A stretch of 64,000 bases of DNA from Sedimentisphaerales bacterium (GCA_050014075.1 JBEKEA010000005.1:3790-67789), one strand, 5' to 3'. Shown: positions 45,287 to 56,015, counted from the first letter of the stretch. Notes: generated from the sequence alone by a model not told the origin. A program made the numbers and translations.

Positions 45287-45950
45287 AATGGATATGGCAA
45301 AAGAATATTTTGTACATTCAAGCAGTTTTGTCGATGACGGCGCCCAAATAGGCAAAGGTACAAAGATATGGCATTGCAGCCATATAATGAAATGCACAAT
45401 CGGCGAAAACTGCATCTTTGGACAAAATGCCCACGTCGCCAACGATGTTGTCATCGGTAATAACGTCAAAGTTCAAAATAACGTTTCGATTTATACCGGA
45501 ACGATAATTGAGGATGACGTTTTCCTGGGGCCGAGTTGCGTGCTTACGAATGTTTTGAATCCGCGGTCTCAGGTTAATCGCCATAGCGTTTATGAAAAAA
45601 CTTTGATTAAAAAAGGCGCAACGATTGGCGCAAACGCGACGATAGTTTGCGGCATTGAGCTTGGCAGATATTGTTTTATCGCGGCAGGAGCAGTTGTTAC
45701 GAAAAATGTGCCGGACTACGCGATGATGGCCGGGGTGCCCGCAAAACAGCTTGGCTGGATGAGCAGACACGGGATAAAACTGCCAAAGCCGGACAAAGAC
45801 GGTGTTATGACTTGTTCTGAAAGCGGCTACAGATATAAAGAAGTTGAAAAAGGCATTTTGAAATGTCTTGACCTTGATGAAGATAAACCATTGCCGGCTA
45901 ATCTGGCAGTCGGCAAGACAAGCTATCGAATATTCAGGAACAAACAATAA
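45282..45950 (+). CDS. Hexapeptide N-acetyltransferase, WbpD-like
   Basis: IG.GTKIWH, GQN, VKVQNNVSIY, VFLGPS.V.TNV.NPRS, GANATIVCG, GVPAKQ.GW. Confidence 0.9.
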   Translation: MTMDMAKEYFVHSSSFVDDGAQIGKGTKIWHCSHIMKCTIGENCIFGQNAHVANDVVIGNNVKVQNNVSIYTGTIIEDDVFLGPSCVLTNVLNPRSQVNRHSVYEKTLIKKGATIGANATIVCGIELGRYCFIAAGAVVTKNVPDYAMMAGVPAKQLGWMSRHGIKLPKPDKDGVMTCSESGYRYKEVEKGILKCLDLDEDKPLPANLAVGKTSYRIFRNKQ

Positions 45951-45964
45951 ATTTACGGAGTTTT

Positions 45965-47068
45965 TTGATGCAAGTTCCATTGCTGGATTTAAAAGCGCAG
46001 TATGCGAAGATAAAAAATGATGTATTGAAGGCGATAGGAGAAGTTCTCGACAGCCAGGTTTGCATCGGCGGGCCGAAAATCGCGGAGCTTGAAAAGAAAG
46101 TTGCCGAGATAAGCGATTGTAAATATGCAGTAGGAGTTTCCAGCGGCACAGACGCACTGCTTGTAAGTCTAATGAGTCTTGGTATCGGCAATGGTGACGA
46201 GGTGATAACAACGCCTTTTACGTTTTTCGCGACGGCGGGATGTATCGCAAGAGTCGGCGCAAAACCTGTATTTGTTGATATTGACCCGAAAACTTACAAT
46301 ATAAATCCCGCGTTGATTGAAAAAGCTGTAACGAAAAAGACAAAAGCGATTATGCCGGTTCATCTTTACGGGCAGATGGCTGATATGGACCCGATTATGG
46401 CTGTTGCCAAAAAGCATAATCTTTCTGTAATAGAAGACGCGGCACAATCCATTAGCAGCACATATAAAGGGAAAAAAGCAGGCAGTATAGGCACGTGCGG
46501 ATGTTTTAGTTTCTTCCCAAGCAAGAACCTTGGCGGAATCGGCGACGGCGGAATGGTTGTTACGAATGATGAAAAACTGTTTCATATGATTTTCATAATG
46601 CGCAATCACGGCAGTGAGCCGAAATATTATCATAAATTTGTAGGCGGAAATTTCAGGCTTGACCCAATTCAGGCAGCGGCGCTTTTAGTTAAATTACCTT
46701 ATTTGAACGAATGGTCGGCAGCGAGGAGAAAAAATGCTGAGTATTACAATAATAAGTTTGCCGGTAGTGCTGTTAAAACACCTTTCATCAGTTCCGATTG
46801 CCAAACAATTTATAATCAATATGTAATAAGAGTGCCGAATCGGGACAAAGTAATTGAGTATTTGAAGAAACAAAACATCGGCTGCGAGATTTATTATCCA
46901 GTGCCTATGCATTTACAGGAATGTTTTGTATATCTTGGATTTAAAAAGGGTGATTTTCCTGAAGCAGAAAAGGCGGCGAACGAAGTTCTGGCGATTCCGA
47001 TATATCCGGAACTGACGGACGAGATGAAAGATTGTGTTGTGCAGTCAATTCTTGAAATGACAAAATGA
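45965..47068 (+). CDS. DegT/DnrJ/StrS aminotransferase, WbpE-like
   Basis: VPLLDLKAQY, SSGTDAL, PFTFFATA, PVHLYGQ, EDAAQ, SFFPSKNLG..GDGG. Confidence 0.92.
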   Translation: MMQVPLLDLKAQYAKIKNDVLKAIGEVLDSQVCIGGPKIAELEKKVAEISDCKYAVGVSSGTDALLVSLMSLGIGNGDEVITTPFTFFATAGCIARVGAKPVFVDIDPKTYNINPALIEKAVTKKTKAIMPVHLYGQMADMDPIMAVAKKHNLSVIEDAAQSISSTYKGKKAGSIGTCGCFSFFPSKNLGGIGDGGMVVTNDEKLFHMIFIMRNHGSEPKYYHKFVGGNFRLDPIQAAALLVKLPYLNEWSAARRKNAEYYNNKFAGSAVKTPFISSDCQTIYNQYVIRVPNRDKVIEYLKKQNIGCEIYYPVPMHLQECFVYLGFKKGDFPEAEKAANEVLAIPIYPELTDEMKDCVVQSILEMTK

Positions 47069-47121
47069 AAAAAACTATAATTGCAGGTATTACCGGTCAG
47101 GATGATTTCAAAAAGAATTAG
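47065..47121 (+). pseudogene. gmd: N-terminal relic of GDP-mannose 4,6-dehydratase
   Basis: MKKTIIAGITGQD matches the Gmd start motif (K.ALITGITGQDG), then diverges and stops; ATGA-coupled to the upstream gene. Confidence 0.65.
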
Positions 47122-48470
47122 TCTGAAGTCCCCCCTTGTTCAATATTTTATCGGTGTGATAGTAAATATTACATTTGTAATTATTTTGCTAAACATGGAT
47201 GTATCTTACCGAAATCTACAAGTGCCGGAGGGTGTTTATCAGGACAATACCCAAAAAGATACGGACTGTGTTGGTTATATATACCCTGCCAGGAATTATC
47301 TCGAGTACGGGGTGTTCGGCTATGGAAATGTACCGGATTATTGCAGAACGATTGGATACCCTTTTTTTCTCGCAATGATGATAAAATTGTTTGGCAGTAA
47401 CTGGCTTGTCGCAACATTTTTTGTACAGGCATTTTTTTATGCGAGCATTTATCCGGTTTTGACGAAAATAGCAGGTATTCTGTTTCCGGATAAACCTTCA
47501 TTGGTTATACCAATTTTTTGCTTTTCTCTGGTGTCAGGCGGCTATCTCGCACAGGTTCCTATATTGCTTACTGATACGTTTTTTACAATACTGTTCACGA
47601 TAGGCTTATATTTTGGTTTCCTGTCAATTATCAGGCAAAGTTGGAAAATATCTGATTTTGCAGATAGTGTTTATTGGTTGCGCTGCCGAGGTGCGATCCA
47701 ATTTGATTTACTATTCATTTATCAATATTTTTGTCCTCTGGTTAGTGGCCAAGCGATATAATGTATTGAGCAGGACAAAGATCAAGAAGATAATTATAAC
47801 ATCCTCGGCAGCACTACTATTGCTGTGCAATGTTCCATCTATCAGGAACTACATTCACTACGGGTTTTTTAAACCCACACACTCTTTCGACGGAAATTTC
47901 TTTAATTTGGCCAAAAATATAATGGTGAGACAGAATAAAATGAGTATATTTAGGGAGATGGACAAAAAAGTAGAAGAGGCAAACGACATTCGTGAGAGAA
48001 TGTCTTTGCAGGCAAAATTTTCTATTAAAATTTGCACAAAACATCCAGTAGCATTTGTAATAATTTTGAGTAAGTATGCTCAATCTGTATTGTTTCGCAG
48101 TGCATGGATTGATATGGCACCTTATTGGGGAGTTTGGTGGCGCGACATTGATTACTATTCTGTCCATACACCTTTGAAGAAATCAGAGTTTTTTTTAATT
48201 ACAATCATCGTTTGGTATGTGATATATGTAATAGTTTACGCTTTTTTCCTCCTTTTTTTGTTCCGTCTGGCAAGAGAAAAAAAATGGCTTTTCCTTTTCA
48301 CGATACTGTTATTTACAAGTTACCTCGTGGTTCCTGGTTTTATAGGTACTAGTGCCGGGTTCAGAATGCGTCTTCCTGCAGAAGGAATAATTATTATGTG
48401 TGCTTTTTATGAAGCTATTCGAATAAAATATCTTGACATTTTTAAGGCCGGTTTGAAATCAGCAAGCTGA
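47102..48470 (+). pseudogene. Polytopic membrane protein (GT-C-like) split by a +1 frameshift
   Basis: ORFs 47081-47761 and 47613-48470 join (..IIRQSW KYLILQIV..) if one A of AAAA 47645-47648 is removed. Confidence 0.7.
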
Positions 48471-48582
48471 GTTAGGAAAGTTATATAAGTTTTTCGGCAA
48501 GTAGGCTTCGAAAGAATTTCGCATGGGCCTTTTATAGAGTAATATTTGCTTATACCGATAGATAACATGAGAAAAAGAATTT

Positions 48583-50118
48583 ATGCGGGATAGCTTAACA
48601 AGAAATGCCGATAGCGTTTTTGAAGTAGAATCTCTTAAAGTCGATATTAAGAAACGATCGATACGTGGAGGTGTTATTACAATAGCTGCCCAAGGAGCTA
48701 AGTTTTTTTTGCAAATAATGTCCGCAGCAATACTTGGACGTTTGTTAACGCCGAACGATTTTGGTTTAGTTGCTATGGTTACAGTTGTTACAGGTGTTAT
48801 TTTACTATTAAAAGATGTCGGTTTGTCAATGGCTACAGTACAAAAGGAGGATATCAATCATTCTCAAATCAGTACTTTGTTTTGGGTAAATGTAATTGCT
48901 GGCATTGGAATAATGTTGTTAACTTCCGTTATTGCACCTACAATAGCCTTGTTTTATAATGAACCACGTTTGGTAAGGATAACACTAGTTTTAGCAATAG
49001 TTTACGTCTTTAGTGGATTGACGGTCCAACACCAAGCTTTGTTGAGAAGACAAATGCGTTTTGGCAGATTGGCATTGATTGAAATTCTATCTATGCTTGG
49101 AGGAATTATTGCTGCTGTTATTTCGGCGTTGTACGGAGCGGGTTACTGGGCACTAATACTGATGCAGATTGTTACAGCAATTGTCTCAATGATTGGAGTT
49201 TGGATAGCCTGTGGATGGCGCCCCGGTCTGCCTAAGAGGAATTCGGGGGTTCGGCCTATGTTAGCCTTCGGCAGTCACTTTATGGGTTTTAATATTGTGA
49301 ATTATTTTGCAAGAAATTTGGATAGCATTCTTATTGGGCGATATTGGGGTGCACAACCACTAGGTCTGTATGCTCAGGCATACAAATTGCTTACTTTGCC
49401 TCTTCAGCAAATAAATGCACCTATTTCGGGTGTTACAATCCCCGTTTTGAGCCGTTTGCAAAATGAACCGGAACGATATCGGCGTTATTACATCCAAGCT
49501 ATTTCGCTTATAGCTTTAGTAACAATGCCGATGATAATGTTTATGATTATTATGTCAAAGGATGTTATCCGTATTGTACTTGGTGAACAATGGGTACAAG
49601 CCGGTGCTATTTTTGCCGTTTTGGGAATTTCCGGATTAATTCAGCCCGTTATCAATGCCAACGGATGGTTATATGTTTCAGTTGGCAGAACGGACCGTAT
49701 GTTCAAATGGGGAATATTTTCATCTGTTTTTACTGTGCTTTCGTTTTTTATAGGGCTACCCTATGGAGCAATAGGAGTAGCAACGTCATATACGGTGGTA
49801 ACTTTATTACTTGCATTTCCTTGTCTTTGGTATGCTTTCCGGTTTTCCCCTGTGGATATATTAAGTGTAGCCAAAGCATTATGGCCAACAGTTGCAGCGA
49901 CCTTAATAGTTGGTGTAGCTTTAATTTTTTTTAAAACCATGTTTCCAGTTTTGTTTGCTGGTGTTTGGGGAGTTGTTATAGGATTTGGGATAACCGTAGG
50001 AGTTTTTCTAAGTGTTTTATGTGGCCTTGTGCAAAGTCTAAAACCCATTCAAGAAATAATTGCTTTATTATCTCAAATTTTCCCCCAAAAGAATCTGCAT
50101 AAAAAAGATGTTAATTAA
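48583..50118 (+). CDS. wzx: Wzx-type polysaccharide flippase (PST family)
   Basis: ILGRLLTP.DFGLVAM, LLRRQMRF..L, GRYWG...LG.Y..AY, FPVLSRLQ; about 12 TM segments. Confidence 0.88.
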   Translation: MRDSLTRNADSVFEVESLKVDIKKRSIRGGVITIAAQGAKFFLQIMSAAILGRLLTPNDFGLVAMVTVVTGVILLLKDVGLSMATVQKEDINHSQISTLFWVNVIAGIGIMLLTSVIAPTIALFYNEPRLVRITLVLAIVYVFSGLTVQHQALLRRQMRFGRLALIEILSMLGGIIAAVISALYGAGYWALILMQIVTAIVSMIGVWIACGWRPGLPKRNSGVRPMLAFGSHFMGFNIVNYFARNLDSILIGRYWGAQPLGLYAQAYKLLTLPLQQINAPISGVTIPVLSRLQNEPERYRRYYIQAISLIALVTMPMIMFMIIMSKDVIRIVLGEQWVQAGAIFAVLGISGLIQPVINANGWLYVSVGRTDRMFKWGIFSSVFTVLSFFIGLPYGAIGVATSYTVVTLLLAFPCLWYAFRFSPVDILSVAKALWPTVAATLIVGVALIFFKTMFPVLFAGVWGVVIGFGITVGVFLSVLCGLVQSLKPIQEIIALLSQIFPQKNLHKKDVN

Positions 50119-50231
50119 TCGGGAAATATCAGTGGAATAAGATTAACAAATTTTACTTAGCGAGGTACTTCAGCAAATGAGTAAGTTTTCTGCCTCGCTT
50201 TCATATTAAGATGTTCAAGGAGATCGTATTA

Positions 50232-50927
50232 ATGAAACAATTTGCAGAAATAGTGAAACATTTTATAAAAAGGACTTCTACCTTCATTAGAACCTCTATA
50301 TTTTATGAAAAGTTAATTACCTGGATGTTCCCAGGTTCAGAGAAATATTGGATTAAACGTTATACCAAGGGTGGGGGTTCAGGAGCTGGCTCATATAGCA
50401 AGCTGTCAGAATTCAAGGCAGAAATCCTGAACCGCTTTGTCCGAGAGCATAACATAAAAACAGTGTTAGATTATGGTTGTGGCGATGGTAACCAGCTGAG
50501 ATTGGCAAAATATGAAAATTACTTGGGATTCGACGTGAGCCCTGAAGCAATAAATATATGCAAGAAAATCTTTCATGATGACAAGACAAAAGAATTTAAA
50601 CTATTGAGAGAGTATTCCGGCGAGAGAGCCGACTTAACACTTTCATTGGATGTAATATATCATTTAATTGAAGATGGTGTTTTTTGTTCGTATATGGAAA
50701 GATTATTTTCATCAGCCGATCGATTTGTAATTATATACTCTAGCGATACAGATAAACAACAAAATAAACAGGCTCCACACGTTAGGCACAGAAAGTTTAC
50801 AAGATGGGTTGAAGTTAATATTGATGGCTGGAAGCTGATTCAACGTATACCCAATAAATATCCATATAAGGGAGATATTCAAACAGGAAGTTTTTCAGAT
50901 TTTTATATATATAGTAAGTCCAGCTAG
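50232..50927 (+). CDS. Class I SAM-dependent methyltransferase
   Basis: GG.SGAGS, VLDYGCGDG, YLGFDVS, LSLDVIYHL. Confidence 0.85.
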   Translation: MKQFAEIVKHFIKRTSTFIRTSIFYEKLITWMFPGSEKYWIKRYTKGGGSGAGSYSKLSEFKAEILNRFVREHNIKTVLDYGCGDGNQLRLAKYENYLGFDVSPEAINICKKIFHDDKTKEFKLLREYSGERADLTLSLDVIYHLIEDGVFCSYMERLFSSADRFVIIYSSDTDKQQNKQAPHVRHRKFTRWVEVNIDGWKLIQRIPNKYPYKGDIQTGSFSDFYIYSKSS

Positions 50928-50978
50928 GCAATAAAGGATGAAAGCAATTAAATTTTTTCAGGAAAAGATATAGTTGAT

Positions 50979-52208
50979 ATGCGAATAGTTTTTGTTTTGG
51001 GGATATTTCCCGCGTTGTCGGAAACATTTATTTTGAATCAGATTACAGGTCTGATTGACCGTGGGCACGAAGTTGATATTTATGCTGATAATCCAAGTCC
51101 TACCCTCGAGGTTCAGCCGGATGTGGTAAAATACAAATTGTTGGAGCGAACGTGTTACCGGTTACAGATGCCGAAGAACAGATTTTTGCGTTTTTTGAAA
51201 GGTGTTGTGTTATTATGTAGAAATCTGCACAAGAGCCCTGTTGTTTTGTTTCGCTCACTAAATGTGTTTAGGTACGGTAAATTGGCTGCTTCGTTAACTT
51301 TACTTTACTCGGTAATTCCTTTGCTTTCCAGACAGGGGTCGTATGATATTATACAGTGTCATTTTGGGCCTGTCGGAACCCTTGGTGCATATTTTAGAGA
51401 GATAGGTTTAATACGCGGAAAACTTGTAACAATGTTTCACGGTAACGACATTCGTCTTGGACAGGAAAAAGGTGGCCAAATCTATGCAGATTTGTTTTCT
51501 GTCGGTGACAGTTTTCTATCGAATTCAAGGTATAACTATGACAATCTTATTGATTTAGGAGCTGATGCTGGCAAAGTTATATGTCATCAAGTCGGCCTCG
51601 ATATAAGTCGGTTTCCTGAACGTAAACTCAATTTTAGCTTGCGCCCTCAAACCATAAGAATTCTTACGGTTGCAAGATTGGTTAAAGAAAAAGGATTAGA
51701 ATATGGTATTGAAGCAATAGGTGAACTACTGAGAAAGAATCCTGCTATTCAACTCCAATATAATATTATTGGTGGGGGAGACAAAGAGGAATTTTTAAAA
51801 GAATTGATAAGGGAACTAAATCTAACTAAAATCGTACACTTGCTAGGTCCAAAAGACCAGAAAGAAGTGATTGGTAATCTGCAACAAGCCCATATATTTC
51901 TTCTTCCTAGTATTGCCGAGGCATTTGGTTTAGTTCTGTTAGAAGCACAAGCATCAGGCCTTCCAGTTATCGCAACTTCTGTGGGAGGTGTTAATGAAGC
52001 CCTAATTGACGGTCAATCGGGATTTCTCGTTCCTGCGCGAAATGTGATCGCTTTGGTCGAGAAGCTGGAGTATTTAATTAATAATTATGAGATTTGGCCC
52101 GAGATGGGTCTGAAAGGGAGGGCATTTGTGAAGGAGCATTACGATATTAATAAACTTAACGATCGTTTAGTTATCATATATCGGAAATTGATGAATAATG
52201 AACTTTAA
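50979..52208 (+). CDS. GT4 glycosyltransferase, WcaL-like
   Basis: FPALSETFILNQITGL, CHFG, FHG.D, VARLVKEKG, EAFGLVLLEAQA.GLPV. Confidence 0.9.
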   Translation: MRIVFVLGIFPALSETFILNQITGLIDRGHEVDIYADNPSPTLEVQPDVVKYKLLERTCYRLQMPKNRFLRFLKGVVLLCRNLHKSPVVLFRSLNVFRYGKLAASLTLLYSVIPLLSRQGSYDIIQCHFGPVGTLGAYFREIGLIRGKLVTMFHGNDIRLGQEKGGQIYADLFSVGDSFLSNSRYNYDNLIDLGADAGKVICHQVGLDISRFPERKLNFSLRPQTIRILTVARLVKEKGLEYGIEAIGELLRKNPAIQLQYNIIGGGDKEEFLKELIRELNLTKIVHLLGPKDQKEVIGNLQQAHIFLLPSIAEAFGLVLLEAQASGLPVIATSVGGVNEALIDGQSGFLVPARNVIALVEKLEYLINNYEIWPEMGLKGRAFVKEHYDINKLNDRLVIIYRKLMNNEL

Positions 52209-52229
52209 CTTTAAAGTGAAAGGGATGTT

Positions 52230-53234
52230 ATGCAAGATTTAACCATGAACTCGAAAGCGTTGGTTGCGAAATATAAAAAGATTTTTATTGTGGCTTTAAT
52301 CTGTCTTATAAGTGGATTCGTAGGCGGGGTATTTGTCGGTCGGGCGAGGGGTATCCCCTTTATGGAAAGGCAGGCGGAGTGGTCTATAGGAATTTACAAC
52401 GGTGAATCACCCTTTGATTTTACTCCAGCTCAGAATATAAACAATCCTGTTTTAACGGCCCAAAAAGTAACGGATGTGCCGGCGGAATTTGTGGCTGACC
52501 CTTTTATGGTCGAAGAGAATTCCAAATGGTATATGTTTTTTGAAGTTATGAATAAAAATAATAGTAAAGGAAGCATTGGACTAGCAACTAGTGATGACGG
52601 GTATCACTGGACTTATAAACAAATTGTGCTTAAGGAACCTTTTCATCTTTCTTACCCATATGTTTTCAAGTTCCAAAATGAATATTACATGGTGCCGGAA
52701 AGTCATGAGTCGTATTCTATCCGGTTATATAAGGCGGTGGATTTTCCTACACGCTGGACATTTGTTAAAACTTTGGTTTACGGGAACTTTTCTGACCCCT
52801 CTATTATCCGTTACGGTGATAAATGGTGGTTATTTGTGGGTAACGCAGGTGGTAACGACATGCTTAATCTTTACTATGCCGATGAGTTAACGGGTCCCTG
52901 GAAAGAACATCCTGGAAATCCTGTTATAAAAGGGGATAAACACACGACCAGACCAGGGGGCAGGATTTTAGTGTTAGATAACAAAATTATCAGATATGTC
53001 CAAGATGATGCCCTCACTTATGGTGGCGCGGTTCGTGCGTTTGAAGTAACTGAGCTTACTACCACCGGTTTTAAGCAGAACGAAGTTCGAAACAATCCCA
53101 TATTGGAAGGTAGTGGAAAAGGGTGGAATGCAGAAAGGATGCATAACCTTGACCCTCATCAGATTGACAAAAACAAATGGATTGCCTGTGTTGATGGGTA
53201 CAGAAGATTTTTAGTCTTCGGACTCAAATATTAA
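52230..53234 (+). CDS. Beta-propeller glycoside hydrolase-like protein (GH43/GINT1 N-terminal-like)
   Basis: ADPF, YMFFE, HLSYPYVF, YMVPES, DPSI, RPGG; N-terminal TM anchor. Confidence 0.7.
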   Translation: MQDLTMNSKALVAKYKKIFIVALICLISGFVGGVFVGRARGIPFMERQAEWSIGIYNGESPFDFTPAQNINNPVLTAQKVTDVPAEFVADPFMVEENSKWYMFFEVMNKNNSKGSIGLATSDDGYHWTYKQIVLKEPFHLSYPYVFKFQNEYYMVPESHESYSIRLYKAVDFPTRWTFVKTLVYGNFSDPSIIRYGDKWWLFVGNAGGNDMLNLYYADELTGPWKEHPGNPVIKGDKHTTRPGGRILVLDNKIIRYVQDDALTYGGAVRAFEVTELTTTGFKQNEVRNNPILEGSGKGWNAERMHNLDPHQIDKNKWIACVDGYRRFLVFGLKY

Positions 53235-53311
53235 TATGTTTACGTTAAGCCCTGCATTGGTGTTAAAAATCTTCTTTATTTTCAAAAAAAATACATTTTG
53301 GATGTTGCAAG

Positions 53312-54733
53312 ATGAAAGTCGAACAAATAGTTGATTTAAATGATAATGCTTCAGTAGACTCGTCCTATTTAGAATCAGAGGGACGCCAACAACGGGGAGC
53401 GAAATTACTGCGGTATTTTGTTGCTCTGGTATTTGTCCCATATGGTATTGTGTCATTTGTTATGGATATTAAAGTAGGGTTTCTTGCATTAAAGTTGTCC
53501 CTTCTAGGGGCTGTCTGTCTTCTCTTATTTACCCCCGCCAATTATCCTTATATACTTGGGTTGGCAATCACGATGTATTTCGACCTTAAGGGATCTCAGG
53601 CGGCTGATGAAGAAACCTCGTATAGGTTAAGCTTTGCTTTAGTAATCATTATTTTAATGGCAGTAATAAATTTTTTCTCAAGGTTATTGGGCAATAAGCG
53701 TAACCCATATTCGTGGTTTGATTTGGGATCGTTTTGTCTATTCGGGATAGTTATTATTTCATTAGTTGGTAGTGTTTTGGTGGTGAATCGTTTTATTTAC
53801 GTTCAACGTATCGTGGGAATTATAAGCTTTGTGTGTGCCTATTATTTAGGGCAGTCATTTTTGAAAAATTTAGATGACTTCAAGATACTGCTACAAGGAT
53901 TGTGTGTAGGTATATTTACCATTATCTGGCCCAATTCTGTGGGATACGTAATACACCAAGGTGCTTTTATTTTAGAGGATCTCTACAAATTAAGGGCCGA
54001 AGTTGAAGTGCGCGGCGATATCAGTGTTTTGATATTTGCCTTTGCTCTCGCATATTCGCTAAGCGGCAGTGGAATTTCTTCCCGGTTAGGACGTTTTGCC
54101 TTCTGGGCGGTAGTAGTGCCGTCGGCAGTGGGGATAATGCTGATACAACAGCGGGCAGCTATTTTCTTAATGGTTGTTGCGATGGTAATAACATTTTTAT
54201 TTTCAGGTCGCCGTGTTGCGGCTTTTTGGACAATTATAGTCACCGCAATTGTTGGATCTATATTTTTCACCTATGCTCATGGCGTATTTACAAGTTTCGC
54301 TACGCGCGTTGCCGAAACTGGTGCAACTGCTAGTACAAGATTTGAAATTTTTAAGGCAGGAATAAAATTAGGTTTATTGCATCCTATGTTTGGAATCGGG
54401 GGAGGTCAGTTTCGTTACATAGAGTGGTTTGAGCATGCACATAATGATGCCATCAATATTTTTGCGGAGCATGGTGTTATTGCGCTTGGTTTTTATGCAA
54501 TTTTTTGGATTTATATAATAGGAGTCGCGTTGAAATTGCGTCTGGCAAAAGACCTTTTTTTACGTAGAATAGCTGCCTTGTTTATAGTGGAAATGGCCTG
54601 TTACTTTGGCTATACCCAGAGTTCGACTGCATATTATATCCGTGGTGGTATGTTGTTTGCTTTTGTAATGGGGGGCATGACAGCATTTTATCACAAATAT
54701 AAATCAGAGACGCAGTTTCTTAACGATACCTAA
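53312..54733 (+). CDS. O-antigen ligase / Wzy polymerase family
   Basis: About 12 TM segments; R...F..G.....HP.FGIGGG and HAHND..I.AE.G.I. Confidence 0.82.
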   Translation: MKVEQIVDLNDNASVDSSYLESEGRQQRGAKLLRYFVALVFVPYGIVSFVMDIKVGFLALKLSLLGAVCLLLFTPANYPYILGLAITMYFDLKGSQAADEETSYRLSFALVIIILMAVINFFSRLLGNKRNPYSWFDLGSFCLFGIVIISLVGSVLVVNRFIYVQRIVGIISFVCAYYLGQSFLKNLDDFKILLQGLCVGIFTIIWPNSVGYVIHQGAFILEDLYKLRAEVEVRGDISVLIFAFALAYSLSGSGISSRLGRFAFWAVVVPSAVGIMLIQQRAAIFLMVVAMVITFLFSGRRVAAFWTIIVTAIVGSIFFTYAHGVFTSFATRVAETGATASTRFEIFKAGIKLGLLHPMFGIGGGQFRYIEWFEHAHNDAINIFAEHGVIALGFYAIFWIYIIGVALKLRLAKDLFLRRIAALFIVEMACYFGYTQSSTAYYIRGGMLFAFVMGGMTAFYHKYKSETQFLNDT

Positions 54734-54917
54734 TTAGCAATCCTAATATAACTTATTTACATAGTTGGCCGAATCGTAAATGCAGAGAGAAAGGTTTATA
54801 ATGTTATTGTGCAGTTGTTTGTGAATCTTTCAAGAAGTAAGCTCAGATTGTTTATATTAAGTTGATATAACTTGAATTGGGTGATTCAGACAAAAGCAAA
54901 ACAGTTGGAGGTGACAG

Positions 54918-55937
54918 GTGAAAGTATTGTTTGTTACAAGGTCTAATATTGGATTGAGTAAAGGGGGACTAAGGCGAAAAATAGACCTGATAAGTGAAGG
55001 TCTGCATAACAGAGGAGTTGAAGTTATCTGGTACGACCCTTGGCAGTATCAGATTGATAGCGTGGATGTATGCCATTTTTTCAGCACTGGCATTGAGATG
55101 TACCCTTACATGGAGACAGCCAGAAAGAGAGGCAAACCGATTATTATATCGCCTGTATTTAGTTATTTTGATACCCCATTACAGATAATGTTGAAAGTGC
55201 GATTAGCTCATATAGTACCTGGATTTTGCTACCATTATGTGATTCTGAAACGTATGCTGCTTCTTGCGGACAGAATTTTGTGTCTGACGGAAGAGGGAGC
55301 TGCTCAAATAGGTTTTATTATGGGGATTCACGGAGGGAGCATCACAGTAGTTCCAAATGGGGTTGACATGAGTTTTTCGCAGGCAGACTCGCGTTTGTTC
55401 GAGAACCGCTATGGTATCAGGAATTTTGTAGTACAAGTTGGTGTGATTGACCCGAACAAAAACCATCTTACTATAATAAAAGCTATGGCTAATTTGCCAT
55501 ATAAGTACGTGATTATCGGAGAACCGGTATTAGGCCATGAAGCATATATGAAACAGTGTCAAAGCATTGCTGGCAAAAATGTTTTGTTCATCGACAAGCT
55601 AGGCTATAATGATCCGATGCTCGCTTCGGCATATAAGGCGGCTAAGGTATTTATTATGCCGAGCTACAGTGAGACATGGGGACAGACCATTTATCAGGCA
55701 GCTCTGGCTGGATGCTCAGTTATTGTCTCCAGAAACATACCTCTTTCTCCTCATATACGCAACTATGTGAGTAGGGCAAATCCTGATAGTCCGAGGCAGT
55801 TTAGAAAATTGATAGAACAAGCTATGCATTCAAAAACAGACGAAAGGTTGCGTCAGGCAGTTTTGTCCATGATGACGTGGCAGGATGTTGCAGATCAGAT
55901 TATAACGATCTATAAAGACGTGATGCAGGGACGGTAA
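54918..55937 (+). CDS. GT4 glycosyltransferase
   Basis: VVPNGVD, VG.I.P.KN, VFIMPSYSETWG..I.QA..AG; GTG start after GGAGG. Confidence 0.85.
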   Translation: MKVLFVTRSNIGLSKGGLRRKIDLISEGLHNRGVEVIWYDPWQYQIDSVDVCHFFSTGIEMYPYMETARKRGKPIIISPVFSYFDTPLQIMLKVRLAHIVPGFCYHYVILKRMLLLADRILCLTEEGAAQIGFIMGIHGGSITVVPNGVDMSFSQADSRLFENRYGIRNFVVQVGVIDPNKNHLTIIKAMANLPYKYVIIGEPVLGHEAYMKQCQSIAGKNVLFIDKLGYNDPMLASAYKAAKVFIMPSYSETWGQTIYQAALAGCSVIVSRNIPLSPHIRNYVSRANPDSPRQFRKLIEQAMHSKTDERLRQAVLSMMTWQDVADQIITIYKDVMQGR

Positions 55938-56015
55938 ATTGTCGGTAGGATTATATTAGTAGTTTTTCTATATGTGGAAAACTTTTTGTGAGGATGCCGG
56001 TACAAACAGATAGAG

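Noticed and set aside
45318-46211. 297-aa antisense ORF over the WbpD/WbpE-like genes
   Set aside because: Shadow ORF; the same applies to the other short overlapping ORFs in the track, such as 22041-22712 and 33679-34356
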